Shown piece by piece: positions 10,733 to 19,971 of a stretch of DNA of 32,000 nt (the stretch's first letter is position 1; every line of letters begins with the position of its first letter). Both the position numbers and the translations under genes were made by a program. This stretch comes from Klebsiella phage vB_KpnS_FZ41. The notes under the pieces are model-generated. The model was not told where the DNA came from. It worked only from the letters and a program-made list of their open reading frames with translations, and did not search any database. The DNA lies in sequence record MK521907.1; one strand, 5' to 3'.

Positions 10733-11161
10733 CTATCTGCTAGAAGACTTCATTTTAGACTTCTTAATAGCTGCTTCAACACGTTTGCGAGAGGCTGCCA
10801 CAGCATGTGAGTCGAATATGTTGATGATTTGGAGTATAAGACTCTTCTCATCTGGATCCTCGACACCGTAGACATCGAAGAAAACTAAAAGGGCACTCTT
10901 ATCTTTACCTAAATAGGTTGGATAATCTCCTGGAATATAATTATCAGATAAGTTATTATATATTGTAAGAGCAGTTTGAGCGATTTCAGGAAAGTCGTGT
11001 ATTTCCACAAACCGTTTGAGAACATCGGGGTTGGGTTCCTCCCCCAATGATTCACACATCGTTAGATACTGCTCTTTCGTTATTTTGGAGTCTCCTCCTT
11101 TAACACATCGTTCTGCGAAGGCGTCAATCTCCTTAAGCAGTCGGTTCCTGTTTTGAGTCAC
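10733..11161 (-). CDS. Tail assembly chaperone-like protein (downstream ORF, GTG start)
   Basis: Immediately upstream of the tape measure gene; overlaps preceding ORF by 29 nt in another frame; position equivalent to chaperone genes. Confidence 0.6.
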   Translation of the reverse strand: MTQNRNRLLKEIDAFAERCVKGGDSKITKEQYLTMCESLGEEPNPDVLKRFVEIHDFPEIAQTALTIYNNLSDNYIPGDYPTYLGKDKSALLVFFDVYGVEDPDEKSLILQIINIFDSHAVAASRKRVEAAIKKSKMKSSSR

Positions 11162-11555
11162 GAAAAGTGTCTAGGTGGAAGACGGTGCTGTTCATCCAGG
11201 TTTCAAAGGCGCTAGAGTTACGTACCAGCATTACAGCGTTGTCAATGCTGAACTCTACTTTATCGCCCAGTCGGTCCTCCGGCACGTCGATAAGCATCAG
11301 TTTTTCAACATCCGCTACCGTCAGGCCTTCCCAGCCTTCAATCGCTACTTTGACGAACTCTTCTGCGAATTTATCGTCATTCTGAACCTTTACAGCAATA
11401 CCATTAACAAACTGGGTCTCCTGCGCAGCTTCTAGAATTTTCTTAGACAGCTTACGGGAAACGTAGTTAATTTTTAGTTTAAAGTGCGGTAAGCCTGGGT
11501 ACGCAGTAGTGATCTGTTTGGTGTCCAGGGCAATGTCTTTCAGGTTAATACTCAT
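11133..11555 (-). CDS. Tail assembly chaperone-like protein (upstream ORF)
   Basis: 140-aa ORF preceding the overlapping ORF and the tape measure gene. Confidence 0.6.
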   Translation of the reverse strand: MSINLKDIALDTKQITTAYPGLPHFKLKINYVSRKLSKKILEAAQETQFVNGIAVKVQNDDKFAEEFVKVAIEGWEGLTVADVEKLMLIDVPEDRLGDKVEFSIDNAVMLVRNSSAFETWMNSTVFHLDTFRDSKQEPTA

Positions 11556-11558
11556 TTG

Positions 11559-12446
11559 TTAATCTCCAATTAACTTTATTCGGACAGGATCTGATTGCTC
11601 AGTAGGGATTACGTCGTAATCGATCTTGTACACGTCGGTTAAGTCTAGGCGTTTTGTGATTTTAGTGGATGGAAAGTCCACCACAATATATTTATTTCTG
11701 ATCTGTACCGGTAGGCCCATATCAGGTTTAATGTTATGCGTAGAATCTATCTGAAGACTCTTCGCATAGTACATCGATATCAGAGCGGATGAGTTCAATT
11801 CGTTAACGATTGCCCTCCTATTATTATAAATCTTATTGATATCGAATAAACTTCTGTCCCCCCGCCATTCACATTGCTGCTGGAATGACATACCGGCTGA
11901 CATAAGTCCTGGGAGCACTCTCCCATTCGAAGATACCTGAGGTAATGAAAATGGTAGCACCTCACCTTGATCGAGCGTATAGCTGTTGAGTGGGTGGCCT
12001 ACTTCCTCAAAGTATCCCGACTCGATACCAACGTTTAGCACCGGGACACTCTTATCCAGAGAAAAGTCACAGGTGGTAGCAAAACAGTTATCGAAACGTA
12101 AGCTCGTGTTCTTGTTAATAATATATACGGAGAACATCTTAGGCTCAATATTATTACTGAACAAGGGCATCTGATACATTCCGTCTATCTCTATAAATCC
12201 CATCAACTCGAAGAATAGTCCTTCGAGAGCATTACTAGAGAAGTTAAGAGCTAGAGAAATTGAAGAAGGAGACTGAGCAGTTATCTTCGAATAGGCGTAG
12301 TTACTGCGTCTGTGAATCGTCCTACGATTTGCTTTAAACTCTTCGTAGGACGTCCCAGCATTGTAATTTGACAGAGCATCAAATCCGTATGCTCTGCCGT
12401 CGTACTCGATGACTACTCTAGACTCCCGCATTAGGGAGTATAGCAT
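11559..12446 (-). CDS. Tail protein, T5 p140-like (295 aa)
   Basis: Syntenic position next to the tail tube gene and matching size; no domain recognised by eye. Confidence 0.55.
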   Translation of the reverse strand: MLYSLMRESRVVIEYDGRAYGFDALSNYNAGTSYEEFKANRRTIHRRSNYAYSKITAQSPSSISLALNFSSNALEGLFFELMGFIEIDGMYQMPLFSNNIEPKMFSVYIINKNTSLRFDNCFATTCDFSLDKSVPVLNVGIESGYFEEVGHPLNSYTLDQGEVLPFSLPQVSSNGRVLPGLMSAGMSFQQQCEWRGDRSLFDINKIYNNRRAIVNELNSSALISMYYAKSLQIDSTHNIKPDMGLPVQIRNKYIVVDFPSTKITKRLDLTDVYKIDYDVIPTEQSDPVRIKLIGD

Positions 12447-12455
12447 TAGTTATCC

Positions 12456-13589
12456 TTACCCGCCAGTAGGGGCAGGCTTACCGTCCCCAGAGGAAATCAG
12501 CTTAGCAATAGAAGTTTTGGTGTACTTGGAAGAGAAGCCCAGGTAACCTTCATCACCAGCATCCATCTGAGTCGGAATAGCTTTGAACTCGATAGAAGTC
12601 CCTAGCACGTCGTCTGTCTCAATCGTCGGAATGTTCAGGTTAGCATGCTTAGCTACTAGAACAGCCGCTGGCCGGGCAGTATCGTACTCGCCTCCCAGGA
12701 TGATCGCAATCTCGAAGTCATTTACAGCTTTTAGATCGGAAACTAGGTCTTTGTACAACTGAGTGGAGCCGTTAGCCGCGTCGTTCATATATGCGGTTAA
12801 GGAGCCAGTAAGTTCAAAGGAGCCTGTGAATGACCCGATCGGAACGTCAACACGAGACATGATGTTAGGAGTCAGGTACGTTACGTTGTTGTTCATAGTG
12901 AATGACCCGCCAGTGATTGGGATGTTGTAAGTCTTACCACCAACAGCGTTGTTCTTCAGCTTAAGGACAGTCAGTTTGTTCTTAATGTAAGAGTTCTGAA
13001 TCTTAGCATAAAGAGCATCATCGATACCGATAGTTTTAGGATCAAACGGCTGGGTAGCTAGAGTCTCTAAGCGAGTACCATTACCAGACCAGGTTACACG
13101 ACCGATATCATCGATATCAACGTTAACTTCTGCCTGACCTACCTGACAGTTTCTGATCACAGACCAAGCGTTATCCGTTAATATATAGATATGCAGCATA
13201 GCCAGCTCATGGTATGCATTATCTTTGAAGTTAACAACTAAGTTAGTGTCATTCTGGAATACGCCAGTAGTACCTGCCAGGTTCAGTGCACCTCCGGTTG
13301 ATAGGCCATACCACAACAGATGATCAGGTAGGATCTGCTTACCTGCGTCATCATATGGCAGAATATAAGTAGAGAAGCTCCACTCGGCAGCGTTTAACGA
13401 GTCATTGAAGCGTTGGGAACCACGAGTCGGCTTCGGACCGGCTTCGTTTAAAGTAATATCGGTGGAGTTACTGTCCTGGCCCCAAGAGATGTCGTCCTGG
13501 ACCAGGATCTCCTGAGTATTGGTCTTAGTGAACCCCGTAGTAACGGTTGACACGAAGATTCGTGTATTACGTAATAGTTGTACAGACAT
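12456..13589 (-). CDS. Tail tube (major tail) protein, T5 pb6-like but shorter (377 aa)
   Basis: Position between tail terminator and chaperone region; beta-rich composition with tube protein-like motifs. Confidence 0.75.
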   Translation of the reverse strand: MSVQLLRNTRIFVSTVTTGFTKTNTQEILVQDDISWGQDSNSTDITLNEAGPKPTRGSQRFNDSLNAAEWSFSTYILPYDDAGKQILPDHLLWYGLSTGGALNLAGTTGVFQNDTNLVVNFKDNAYHELAMLHIYILTDNAWSVIRNCQVGQAEVNVDIDDIGRVTWSGNGTRLETLATQPFDPKTIGIDDALYAKIQNSYIKNKLTVLKLKNNAVGGKTYNIPITGGSFTMNNNVTYLTPNIMSRVDVPIGSFTGSFELTGSLTAYMNDAANGSTQLYKDLVSDLKAVNDFEIAIILGGEYDTARPAAVLVAKHANLNIPTIETDDVLGTSIEFKAIPTQMDAGDEGYLGFSSKYTKTSIAKLISSGDGKPAPTGG

Positions 13590-13612
13590 TTAAATTTCTC
13601 CTGAGCTGTAAC

Positions 13613-14098
13613 TTATCTATCCAGTGCTCTTCGCAGAGGCATATACCGGACTGTTACGTTAACTTGAGCAAAACCAAACGGGGACAGTATACCCTCGTCT
13701 GTGGACACCGACGTAATTTGCATGTCAGTGGCTTCAGAATCGATAGTTGAACCATCAGGTTTCATTATAGTATATTGTAAATTTCCTCCAGTGTCAATAG
13801 AGGTTTTTACATCCGCTATGAGTTTCTCAAGTTGCATGTTAATATCATCCTTTTCTTTATCATAGATAAGAATAGGAATTTCAAGGTAAACCCACTGCTG
13901 TGCAGACGGCAGGTAGTTTCCAGTTTCGGTACCCACGTGGACTGCTATGTAAGGGAACTCATTGATCTGCTCAAACGAATAAGTCTGGCGGGATACGTTC
14001 CCATACATATTAGTAAAGAACTCTGTGGGATTACTCCCGTCCATGTCCTTCTTCAGTCGTTCCACTAGGGCATCAGCAATACTTGTTCTGTAATTCAT
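13613..14098 (-). CDS. Tail terminator/completion protein, T5 p142-like (161 aa)
   Basis: 161 aa and synteny. Confidence 0.65.
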   Translation of the reverse strand: MNYRTSIADALVERLKKDMDGSNPTEFFTNMYGNVSRQTYSFEQINEFPYIAVHVGTETGNYLPSAQQWVYLEIPILIYDKEKDDINMQLEKLIADVKTSIDTGGNLQYTIMKPDGSTIDSEATDMQITSVSTDEGILSPFGFAQVNVTVRYMPLRRALDR

Positions 14099-14859
14099 TA
14101 TGTACCCTGATTTACTCTTATCCGGTATCTAGAGTGGATAAGGTCTCTTGCAGCCTTAGCGATTGCCTCGCCGATCAGCTTCTGCGGGTTCCTAGCACCA
14201 GGGAAAGGCCGTAGGGAAAGTCCGCGGTAAGTAGAGACGGCAGGATTGAACACAGAGTAAGGCTTAAGCATGTAATTATACGTGATATTAAGATCAGGAT
14301 TCTTAGCGCCTGCATCTTCTCTTAACAACACATCTTTAATTTTCAAGGAGTTAGCAAAACGCCCAGTTCTGAATTTAAGGGGTGCCCCGGCTTTTTTCAT
14401 ATCCTTAACTAAATATTCTTTCGCTACGAGTTCAAGTAACGCTCTAAGGTTTGTGTTTGAGACGAAACGCCCAGAAGCGCCAGAAATAGCACCAGCGTAA
14501 CCGTTGTCAGCATCTGAAGGATCTCCAAAATTAACCTCTACCCTACCGGTAGATCGTTTTCTTCCTATCGTGGATTTCTTACCAGTGATACTATTTAGAA
14601 GGTTATCGATAACACCAACGTCGCCTTCCAGATTAAGTGACGACGAGACAGCTTTTAAAATAGAGGACGTCCGAACATTCAGTAAATCCTCCGATACCGG
14701 CTTGGTAAATCGGAAGGATACCTTGCCTATGGTGCCATCTTTGTGGTTATCCATAGTTTCCGCACTATATATCACGGTGTTCTTGGTAGAGTGGCTACCA
14801 CCACTCATAATGTCCAGCTGTTCTTTAACTATCTGTCGAGCTAGATCGCCCAACGCCAC
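14098..14859 (-). CDS. Neck/tail completion protein, T5 p143-like (253 aa)
   Basis: Size and synteny; Arg/Lys rich C-terminus. Confidence 0.6.
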   Translation of the reverse strand: MALGDLARQIVKEQLDIMSGGSHSTKNTVIYSAETMDNHKDGTIGKVSFRFTKPVSEDLLNVRTSSILKAVSSSLNLEGDVGVIDNLLNSITGKKSTIGRKRSTGRVEVNFGDPSDADNGYAGAISGASGRFVSNTNLRALLELVAKEYLVKDMKKAGAPLKFRTGRFANSLKIKDVLLREDAGAKNPDLNITYNYMLKPYSVFNPAVSTYRGLSLRPFPGARNPQKLIGEAIAKAARDLIHSRYRIRVNQGT

Positions 14860-15371
14860 TACAGCCTCCGGTACACTTCGATTATAGTACGGATGTGTTC
14901 CGGTACGCCAGATTTAGTGGTATTGAAAGTAACGGTTTCTCCGCCAAATGTACGAGACTCGCGGTAGTCCTTCTTGACCCAATGATCAACTAGGAAGCAT
15001 GCTGCTAGTACCAAGTCATCAGGAATAGAGGTAAAGCCGGTCTGAGTAAACTCTACTTCCATATACCCCTCTGGAGGGGAGAATTTCAGCAAGAGCGTAC
15101 CATCCGGGTAGTTCTTGTATTGCGACTTATCGATCTCCTGATCGTTAATCGTAATTTTAGTGATCGTGCTAGGCACGGGAGAAGACAGGAAGTATTTTTT
15201 GCGTGCTGGTTTAGTAGGCAAAACGTCTACAACGTTAGCACTATCGTCAATACCTAGGAGCTGCGTAATCAGAGCATTTGCTGCCTTGATTAACATTGGG
15301 ATATTTGACTCTAAGTCAGGACGTTTAAGGCCTCCATATGTTCTCCAATCAGAATCTGTCATGAATTGCAT
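14859..15371 (-). CDS. Head completion/adaptor protein, T5 p144-like (170 aa)
   Basis: Size and synteny between capsid and neck genes; alpha-helical N-terminus typical of gp6-type connectors. Confidence 0.65.
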   Translation of the reverse strand: MQFMTDSDWRTYGGLKRPDLESNIPMLIKAANALITQLLGIDDSANVVDVLPTKPARKKYFLSSPVPSTITKITINDQEIDKSQYKNYPDGTLLLKFSPPEGYMEVEFTQTGFTSIPDDLVLAACFLVDHWVKKDYRESRTFGGETVTFNTTKSGVPEHIRTIIEVYRRL

Positions 15372-15386
15372 ATTTTACCCAATAAA

Positions 15387-15410
15387 AAAGGAGAGCCGAA
15401 GCTCTCCTTT
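15387..15410 (-). terminator. Intrinsic terminator after major capsid gene
   Basis: Minus strand AAAGGAGAGC-ttcg-GCTCTCCTTT followed by TTT; 10-bp stem with UUCG loop. Confidence 0.9.
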
Positions 15411-15429
15411 AGTCGGCAGTATAGCCAAA

Positions 15430-16812
15430 TTAAGCAGCGTAAGCACCAGCAACTACGCCGTTCTCGAAGAAACGCATCAGGTTCAGACGCTGAGTAACGT
15501 AGTACGCATCGCGCTGACGTTCAGCCTGGCGCTCTTTCTCAACAGTGATTGCACGCTGACGAGGAACGATGAAGTTGTCACGGTAAACAACCACACAGAA
15601 CGCAGCTCTTGCAGCCTTAGCTGGGAAGAACTCGGAAACCAGTACCGGCAGACCGTAGATGCGACCAACCTGACCCTGCAGTTTGATAGCGGTGGTAGCG
15701 GTAACCTGTGAAACATCCTGGAACTCTTCATCTTCGATAAGATCGTAGTAAGCATCCATCGAAACAACCAGAGCAAGTTTGTTCAGGTCTAGACCGTGGC
15801 GGCCCAGAGAACGACGCAGCTTGTGAATTTCTTTAGCGGTAACTTTAACAGAACCGTCAGCTTTAGCAGTGGTAGCAACCACTTTACCATCGTCTTTAGC
15901 GAACTGGATCAGACCTTTCGGAGTACCAGCAGCACCAGTACCGGTCAGGAACGCTTTTTCGATTGCGATAGCGTGAGCTTCAATCAGACGACGACGCATG
16001 ATCGGCAGCAGAGTGAAGATAGCATCTTCTTCTGTTTCGTCGGTCATATACGCTTTAGCAGCCAGTTTATAGGTTTTGAAGGTGATTTCAGACAGCTTGG
16101 TTTTGTCTTCCGCACCAACAGTAGCAGGAGTACCGTAAGTAGAGGCGTCAACCCATCTAGCTTCACCAGCTTCCGGCTCAACCATCATGGTCAGCAATTT
16201 GCTAGACATCGGCAGTTCTTCGAACATGGTACCGATAATCAGTTTAGCCTGAATGTCACGCAGGATACGCAGGGAGAAGATGGTTTCGTACGCTTCGGTA
16301 GAAACTTCGATAGAAGAAGAGCCGTTAACAGCTTTCAGGTGGGCTTCGCCACGCTTAGTACCGAATACATCTTTCTGCATTACATAGGACAGAAGAACCA
16401 GTTTCTCAACTTCGTCTTCGAAATCTTCCTGCTTACCAAACATTGCCTTAGCAACGCCATCAGCTACGAAAGAGCGACTATTTTCACGAGCGGCCAGCAG
16501 AGATTTGATTTCTTCTTTCAGACCAGTGATTTCTTCCTGCTGGGAGTTCATTGCTTTAACGAACGCTTCAGCGGACTGTTTGGATTTCTCATCCAGGTTT
16601 TTTACGAGCTCCAGAGCTTCTGCCAGGTTTTTACGGTCTTCACCAGTTGCTTTAGCAACCAGGTCTTCCATACGCTTGAGTTCTTTAGCTTCCTGCTCAG
16701 CAGCAAATTTGCGAGCTTCTTCAGCTTTCTGAGAGGCGGTTAGACCTTTAAGCTGCTCAGCAATGTCACCCAGGCCCAGATCTTTAGACAGTTGTGCGAT
16801 ATCGTAAGACAT
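15430..16812 (-). CDS. Major capsid protein, HK97-fold, T5 pb8-like, with N-terminal coiled-coil scaffold domain (460 aa)
   Basis: Charged coiled-coil N-terminus followed by capsid-like domain; directly downstream of the prohead protease gene; about the size of T5 pb8. Confidence 0.9.
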   Translation of the reverse strand: MSYDIAQLSKDLGLGDIAEQLKGLTASQKAEEARKFAAEQEAKELKRMEDLVAKATGEDRKNLAEALELVKNLDEKSKQSAEAFVKAMNSQQEEITGLKEEIKSLLAARENSRSFVADGVAKAMFGKQEDFEDEVEKLVLLSYVMQKDVFGTKRGEAHLKAVNGSSSIEVSTEAYETIFSLRILRDIQAKLIIGTMFEELPMSSKLLTMMVEPEAGEARWVDASTYGTPATVGAEDKTKLSEITFKTYKLAAKAYMTDETEEDAIFTLLPIMRRRLIEAHAIAIEKAFLTGTGAAGTPKGLIQFAKDDGKVVATTAKADGSVKVTAKEIHKLRRSLGRHGLDLNKLALVVSMDAYYDLIEDEEFQDVSQVTATTAIKLQGQVGRIYGLPVLVSEFFPAKAARAAFCVVVYRDNFIVPRQRAITVEKERQAERQRDAYYVTQRLNLMRFFENGVVAGAYAA

Positions 16813-16825
16813 TATTATTTCTCCA

Positions 16826-17434
16826 TTATCCTTTAGCGTAACCAGCGGCTACTAGGAATTTCTCTAAATTAGAAAGTTCAGGTTGTTCAACAGGCTGGAC
16901 CTGTGAAGATTTTACAAAAGACTTACGAAGCTCCATGTAATCATTATGGTTTACAGACTTCGAAAGGCTAAAAGTTGAGTCTTGGTTGCAGGGAACCGAG
17001 ACTACAGAGATCTCGAGTAACTCCAGATCTTTAATAATGAACGTTTCAGTCATATCGTCCCATTCGGCGTCTTTAATATAGAAGCCTACTGAGAACGTTT
17101 TAAGAACCTCATCACGTATTAATGAGTAAATCTGTAGATCAGCAGCACTTACCTCACCCTCAACCATAAGTCCGGACTCGGTTGGTACCAGGTCTAGGAT
17201 CTTACCAATTGGGCGGCTATGGTTATGGCCGAAAAGCATGATCGGGTTCTTCATAAAATTCTTGAGGGCGTTACTTGTAGTCCACGCTTCGGAGAGAATA
17301 ACGTCGCCGGCGCGGTCTTTGGTAATCGTGTTAGCATACCCTTTGATTTTTAAAGGAGGATTATCACCCTCACCGACAGCTTTAACAGATTTAATCTCAG
17401 CATTAAGATTAATATTCTGCATCGTTTGCTCCAA
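16826..17434 (-). CDS. Prohead protease, HK97/T5 pb11-like (202 aa)
   Basis: IKGYANTITKDRAGDVI...PIMLFGHNHSRPIGKI...FSVGFYIKDAEW...LEISVVSVPCN motifs typical of HK97-family prohead proteases. Confidence 0.9.
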   Translation of the reverse strand: MEQTMQNINLNAEIKSVKAVGEGDNPPLKIKGYANTITKDRAGDVILSEAWTTSNALKNFMKNPIMLFGHNHSRPIGKILDLVPTESGLMVEGEVSAADLQIYSLIRDEVLKTFSVGFYIKDAEWDDMTETFIIKDLELLEISVVSVPCNQDSTFSLSKSVNHNDYMELRKSFVKSSQVQPVEQPELSNLEKFLVAAGYAKG

Positions 17435-17468
17435 ACACTTTCGTGTTGTTCCTCAGTTTTCAGATACT

Positions 17469-17497
17469 ATTATTACATACCAAATCGCGAATGTCAA
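17469..17497 (-). promoter_or_regulatory. Sigma70-like promoter for protease/capsid genes
   Basis: Minus strand TTGACA (17497-17492), 17-bp spacer, AATAAT (17474-17469). Confidence 0.6.
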
Positions 17498-17588
17498 AAG
17501 ATATTTGAAAATCCCACACGGTGTGTGGAATTAGTAGGCAGTCGAAATTGGTTACACTGAAAATAGTTATGCACTAGCGTAGAAAAAA

Positions 17589-17608
17589 TGGGGAGCCGAA
17601 GCTCCCCA
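17589..17608 (-). terminator. Intrinsic terminator after decoration protein gene
   Basis: Minus strand TGGGGAGC-ttcg-GCTCCCCA followed by TTTTTT. Confidence 0.85.
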
Positions 17609-17619
17609 GTTAACAGATA

Positions 17620-18090
17620 TTATACACCCACTACAGGAACCTTAACTGTTACTATTGCAGTATCGGTCTTATTGCCGTCAGCTGTTTTAACAGTAATGAC
17701 TACAGTACCATCCTTAGCTAGGTTAGCAGGAACAGTTACAGTACCATCCGCGGCTACGGTAGCTTTGGTGGGATCGGCTGAAGTATAAGTTACAGACTTA
17801 TTGGTTGCGTTAGCTGGGGCTACGGTACCAGTAAGTTTGCCGGTCTTACCTGCTTCGATCGTAAGAGTCTTGGGTGACATAGTGACACCGGTAACTGCTA
17901 CTACAACAGGTTTTGTTGCTTCTTCATACGCTTCCTCGAACTGTTTCCAGGTTCTACAGTTAGTAGCAGCGTACCCATACTCCTTACACAGGATCTGGTA
18001 AGTAAGATTTGCCTTAACAGTTGCCATCACGTTGTGTGCCTCGGGGAGACCGTTAGGGAATAGTGCTTTTAGAGCGTTATAATCAATCAT
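17620..18090 (-). CDS. Capsid decoration protein with C-terminal bacterial Ig-like domain, T5 pb10-like (156 aa)
   Basis: VTGVTMSPKTLTIEAGKTGKLTGTVAPANATNKSVTYTSADPTKATVAADGTVTVP is a Big_2-type signature; position between portal and protease. Confidence 0.85.
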   Translation of the reverse strand: MIDYNALKALFPNGLPEAHNVMATVKANLTYQILCKEYGYAATNCRTWKQFEEAYEEATKPVVVAVTGVTMSPKTLTIEAGKTGKLTGTVAPANATNKSVTYTSADPTKATVAADGTVTVPANLAKDGTVVITVKTADGNKTDTAIVTVKVPVVGV

Positions 18091-19298
18091 TGTTTTTCCT
18101 CGTCTTTATTTGGTGCGCCACCTTCTTGTCCGCTTACTCCAGTAGCTGATCCAGCTACGTTGGCAGGGATGCGAATTTTCTTCATCTGCTCGTCAGCCAG
18201 TTCCTCGTAACCAAGCTCTATACGACCTTCGTTACCAGTAAGGATACCATTGTTGACTAGTGCAGTTACGAATTTAGCCTCTTTCTCCTTGTCAGGAGTT
18301 AGTGCTACCACGTCTTTAGTATTGGGCGTTACTTTAAAACCGAAGAAGAACGTAAGAGAGCTACATACTTTATTGAGCATAGGCACAATAGTCATGTAAT
18401 AGAACAGCTCAATGTTCGGTCGAATATTGGCGTTGTTACCTCCATCGATCAATAGTTGTGGGACCCCGAGAGCGATACATACATCTTTATTAAAACGAGC
18501 GATATCGTTTTCGAAGTCGAGATCTTTAAAGGAGGAGATTTGGGAGTACGGCTTAGCCTTCATCCCGCCGTCTAGAATGAGCACAGTTGATTGGCCGGTA
18601 CTAGGGTTATAGTCCAGCTGAAGCTCTTCTTGTTTACGTTCACGGAGCTTTTTATTTAGGATTTCATCTGTTTCTAGGATAAGACCGATAACCGTACCAT
18701 TGTCCAGGAATTTCTCCTTGAACTCAAGCATTTTCTCACGCTTAGTAAGCGAGTTAATTACGGTAGCCACACGAGATTGACCTGTGATCTGGGAGTTAAT
18801 ACCACCATTCTGGCCATTATCTTTGATGAAGATAATTTCATCAACGCGATAGTCGATCATATTATTAAAGACGAATTTGTTAACGAATTTTTTGTCATCT
18901 GCTTTTACTTCCATTAGGGCAGCAGGCAGATGGTACAGAGACGAACCGTCCCAATGGATATACGCGCACCCTTCGAATAGAAGGTCAGACACTATTAGGC
19001 GTCTAAAAGTACTGGAATCCATGTAAGGGTTAGGGCGAACATTAAGCAGCGTCTCAAGAGTTTTACTCCTGATCGTGCCATAGGTTGTTATTGTTTTATA
19101 CTGTTCACCTACGGTGTAGGAGCACTCAGCGGCGCTGTCAATTACCATGTTCGCGGATCTATTAAGGATCTCAATAGACGAATAGGCTTTGCCAGTCGTG
19201 AATGGTTTGACGTTAGTACGGTGACTAACATCCTCCAAGTCCCTGATTATGCGTTGTCCGCGGTTTAGTTTAGTAACTAACCAGTCACGAATAGCCAT
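18087..19298 (-). CDS. Portal protein, T5 pb7-like (403 aa)
   Basis: 403 aa; portal-type sequence (SLTKREKMLEFKEKFL..., DLDFENDIARFNKDVCIALGVPQLLI); position next to terminase block. Confidence 0.85.
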   Translation of the reverse strand: MAIRDWLVTKLNRGQRIIRDLEDVSHRTNVKPFTTGKAYSSIEILNRSANMVIDSAAECSYTVGEQYKTITTYGTIRSKTLETLLNVRPNPYMDSSTFRRLIVSDLLFEGCAYIHWDGSSLYHLPAALMEVKADDKKFVNKFVFNNMIDYRVDEIIFIKDNGQNGGINSQITGQSRVATVINSLTKREKMLEFKEKFLDNGTVIGLILETDEILNKKLRERKQEELQLDYNPSTGQSTVLILDGGMKAKPYSQISSFKDLDFENDIARFNKDVCIALGVPQLLIDGGNNANIRPNIELFYYMTIVPMLNKVCSSLTFFFGFKVTPNTKDVVALTPDKEKEAKFVTALVNNGILTGNEGRIELGYEELADEQMKKIRIPANVAGSATGVSGQEGGAPNKDEEKQ

Positions 19299-19780
19299 TA
19301 TAGGAACCTTGCGAATCCTGATTTCTCAGTCTTGACGTCAGTCGGAAGCCACTTCGCAAAGCCTGATCTTTCGCCAGTATTGCTTGTACGAGGTGCCTCT
19401 GGATTCATACATCTTTCACGTTGTTTCTCAACCCAAATCTTCTGTTTGTTAGCTGAAAACAACGGCGGTTCTTTCGTATAGACCTTGTGCAGGGTCTGAT
19501 GATGAAAGACACATAAGGTGACCGTGTCCTCTACTAGCTCATGCCAATAATGTTTATAGAACTTATCCCGATTACTTAGGACGACTTCTGAGTCAGTGAA
19601 ATCCAGTTGGAATTCTTTAGCAAAGTTTTTAACTAGTAAGGCCACAGTCGAGTAGTGGTGTAGCTCCAGGTTTTCCTGTGAGTCACAAATGGCGCAACGG
19701 TTGCCTCTTTTGTACTGGGCTTTGATTCCATCACGCATTATGGAGATTGCATCTCTCTTATATTTTACATTGGAAGCCAA
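19298..19780 (-). CDS. HNH endonuclease family protein adjacent to terminase; start reassigned to TTG
   Basis: CAIC...LELHHYS...TLCVFHHQTLHK; TTG at 19780-19778 is preceded by AGAGGAG with 7-nt spacing, whereas the tracked ORF (to 19843) extends upstream without good support. Confidence 0.75.
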   Translation of the reverse strand: MASNVKYKRDAISIMRDGIKAQYKRGNRCAICDSQENLELHHYSTVALLVKNFAKEFQLDFTDSEVVLSNRDKFYKHYWHELVEDTVTLCVFHHQTLHKVYTKEPPLFSANKQKIWVEKQRERCMNPEAPRTSNTGERSGFAKWLPTDVKTEKSGFARFL

Positions 19781-19924
19781 AGTGTTTCTCCTCTTAGTTG
19801 GGAAAATACTACTTCGGGTACAGCAATTAAATATTCCTCTCATTCACCCTGATGTCTATGAGATCTCTCAAGGTATGAATATATTATAACTGCCACACAC
19901 GAAATTGTAAAGTGAATTTTATAA

Positions 19925-19965
19925 AGTTGGAACGGAATTTGTACTCACTACTATCCGTTCCAACT
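19925..19965 (-). terminator. Probable intrinsic terminator after large terminase gene
   Basis: AGTTGGAACGGA/TCCGTTCCAACT perfect 12-bp stem, 17-nt loop, followed on minus strand by TTATAAAATT. Confidence 0.55.
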
Positions 19966-19971
19966 CAGCTC

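Noticed and set aside
15796-16743. 315-aa plus-strand ORF antisense to the major capsid gene
   Set aside because: Composition mirrors the capsid coding strand (Phe/Ser/Gln-rich), starts inside the capsid gene, no independent evidence
17514-17528. CCACAC-ggt-GTGTGG upstream of decoration gene terminator
   Set aside because: Short arms with 3-nt loop and no supporting context beyond the nearby promoter; not enough to call regulatory
17588-18001. Plus-strand ORFs opposite the decoration protein
   Set aside because: Shadow of the repetitive Ig-like coding sequence and its terminator
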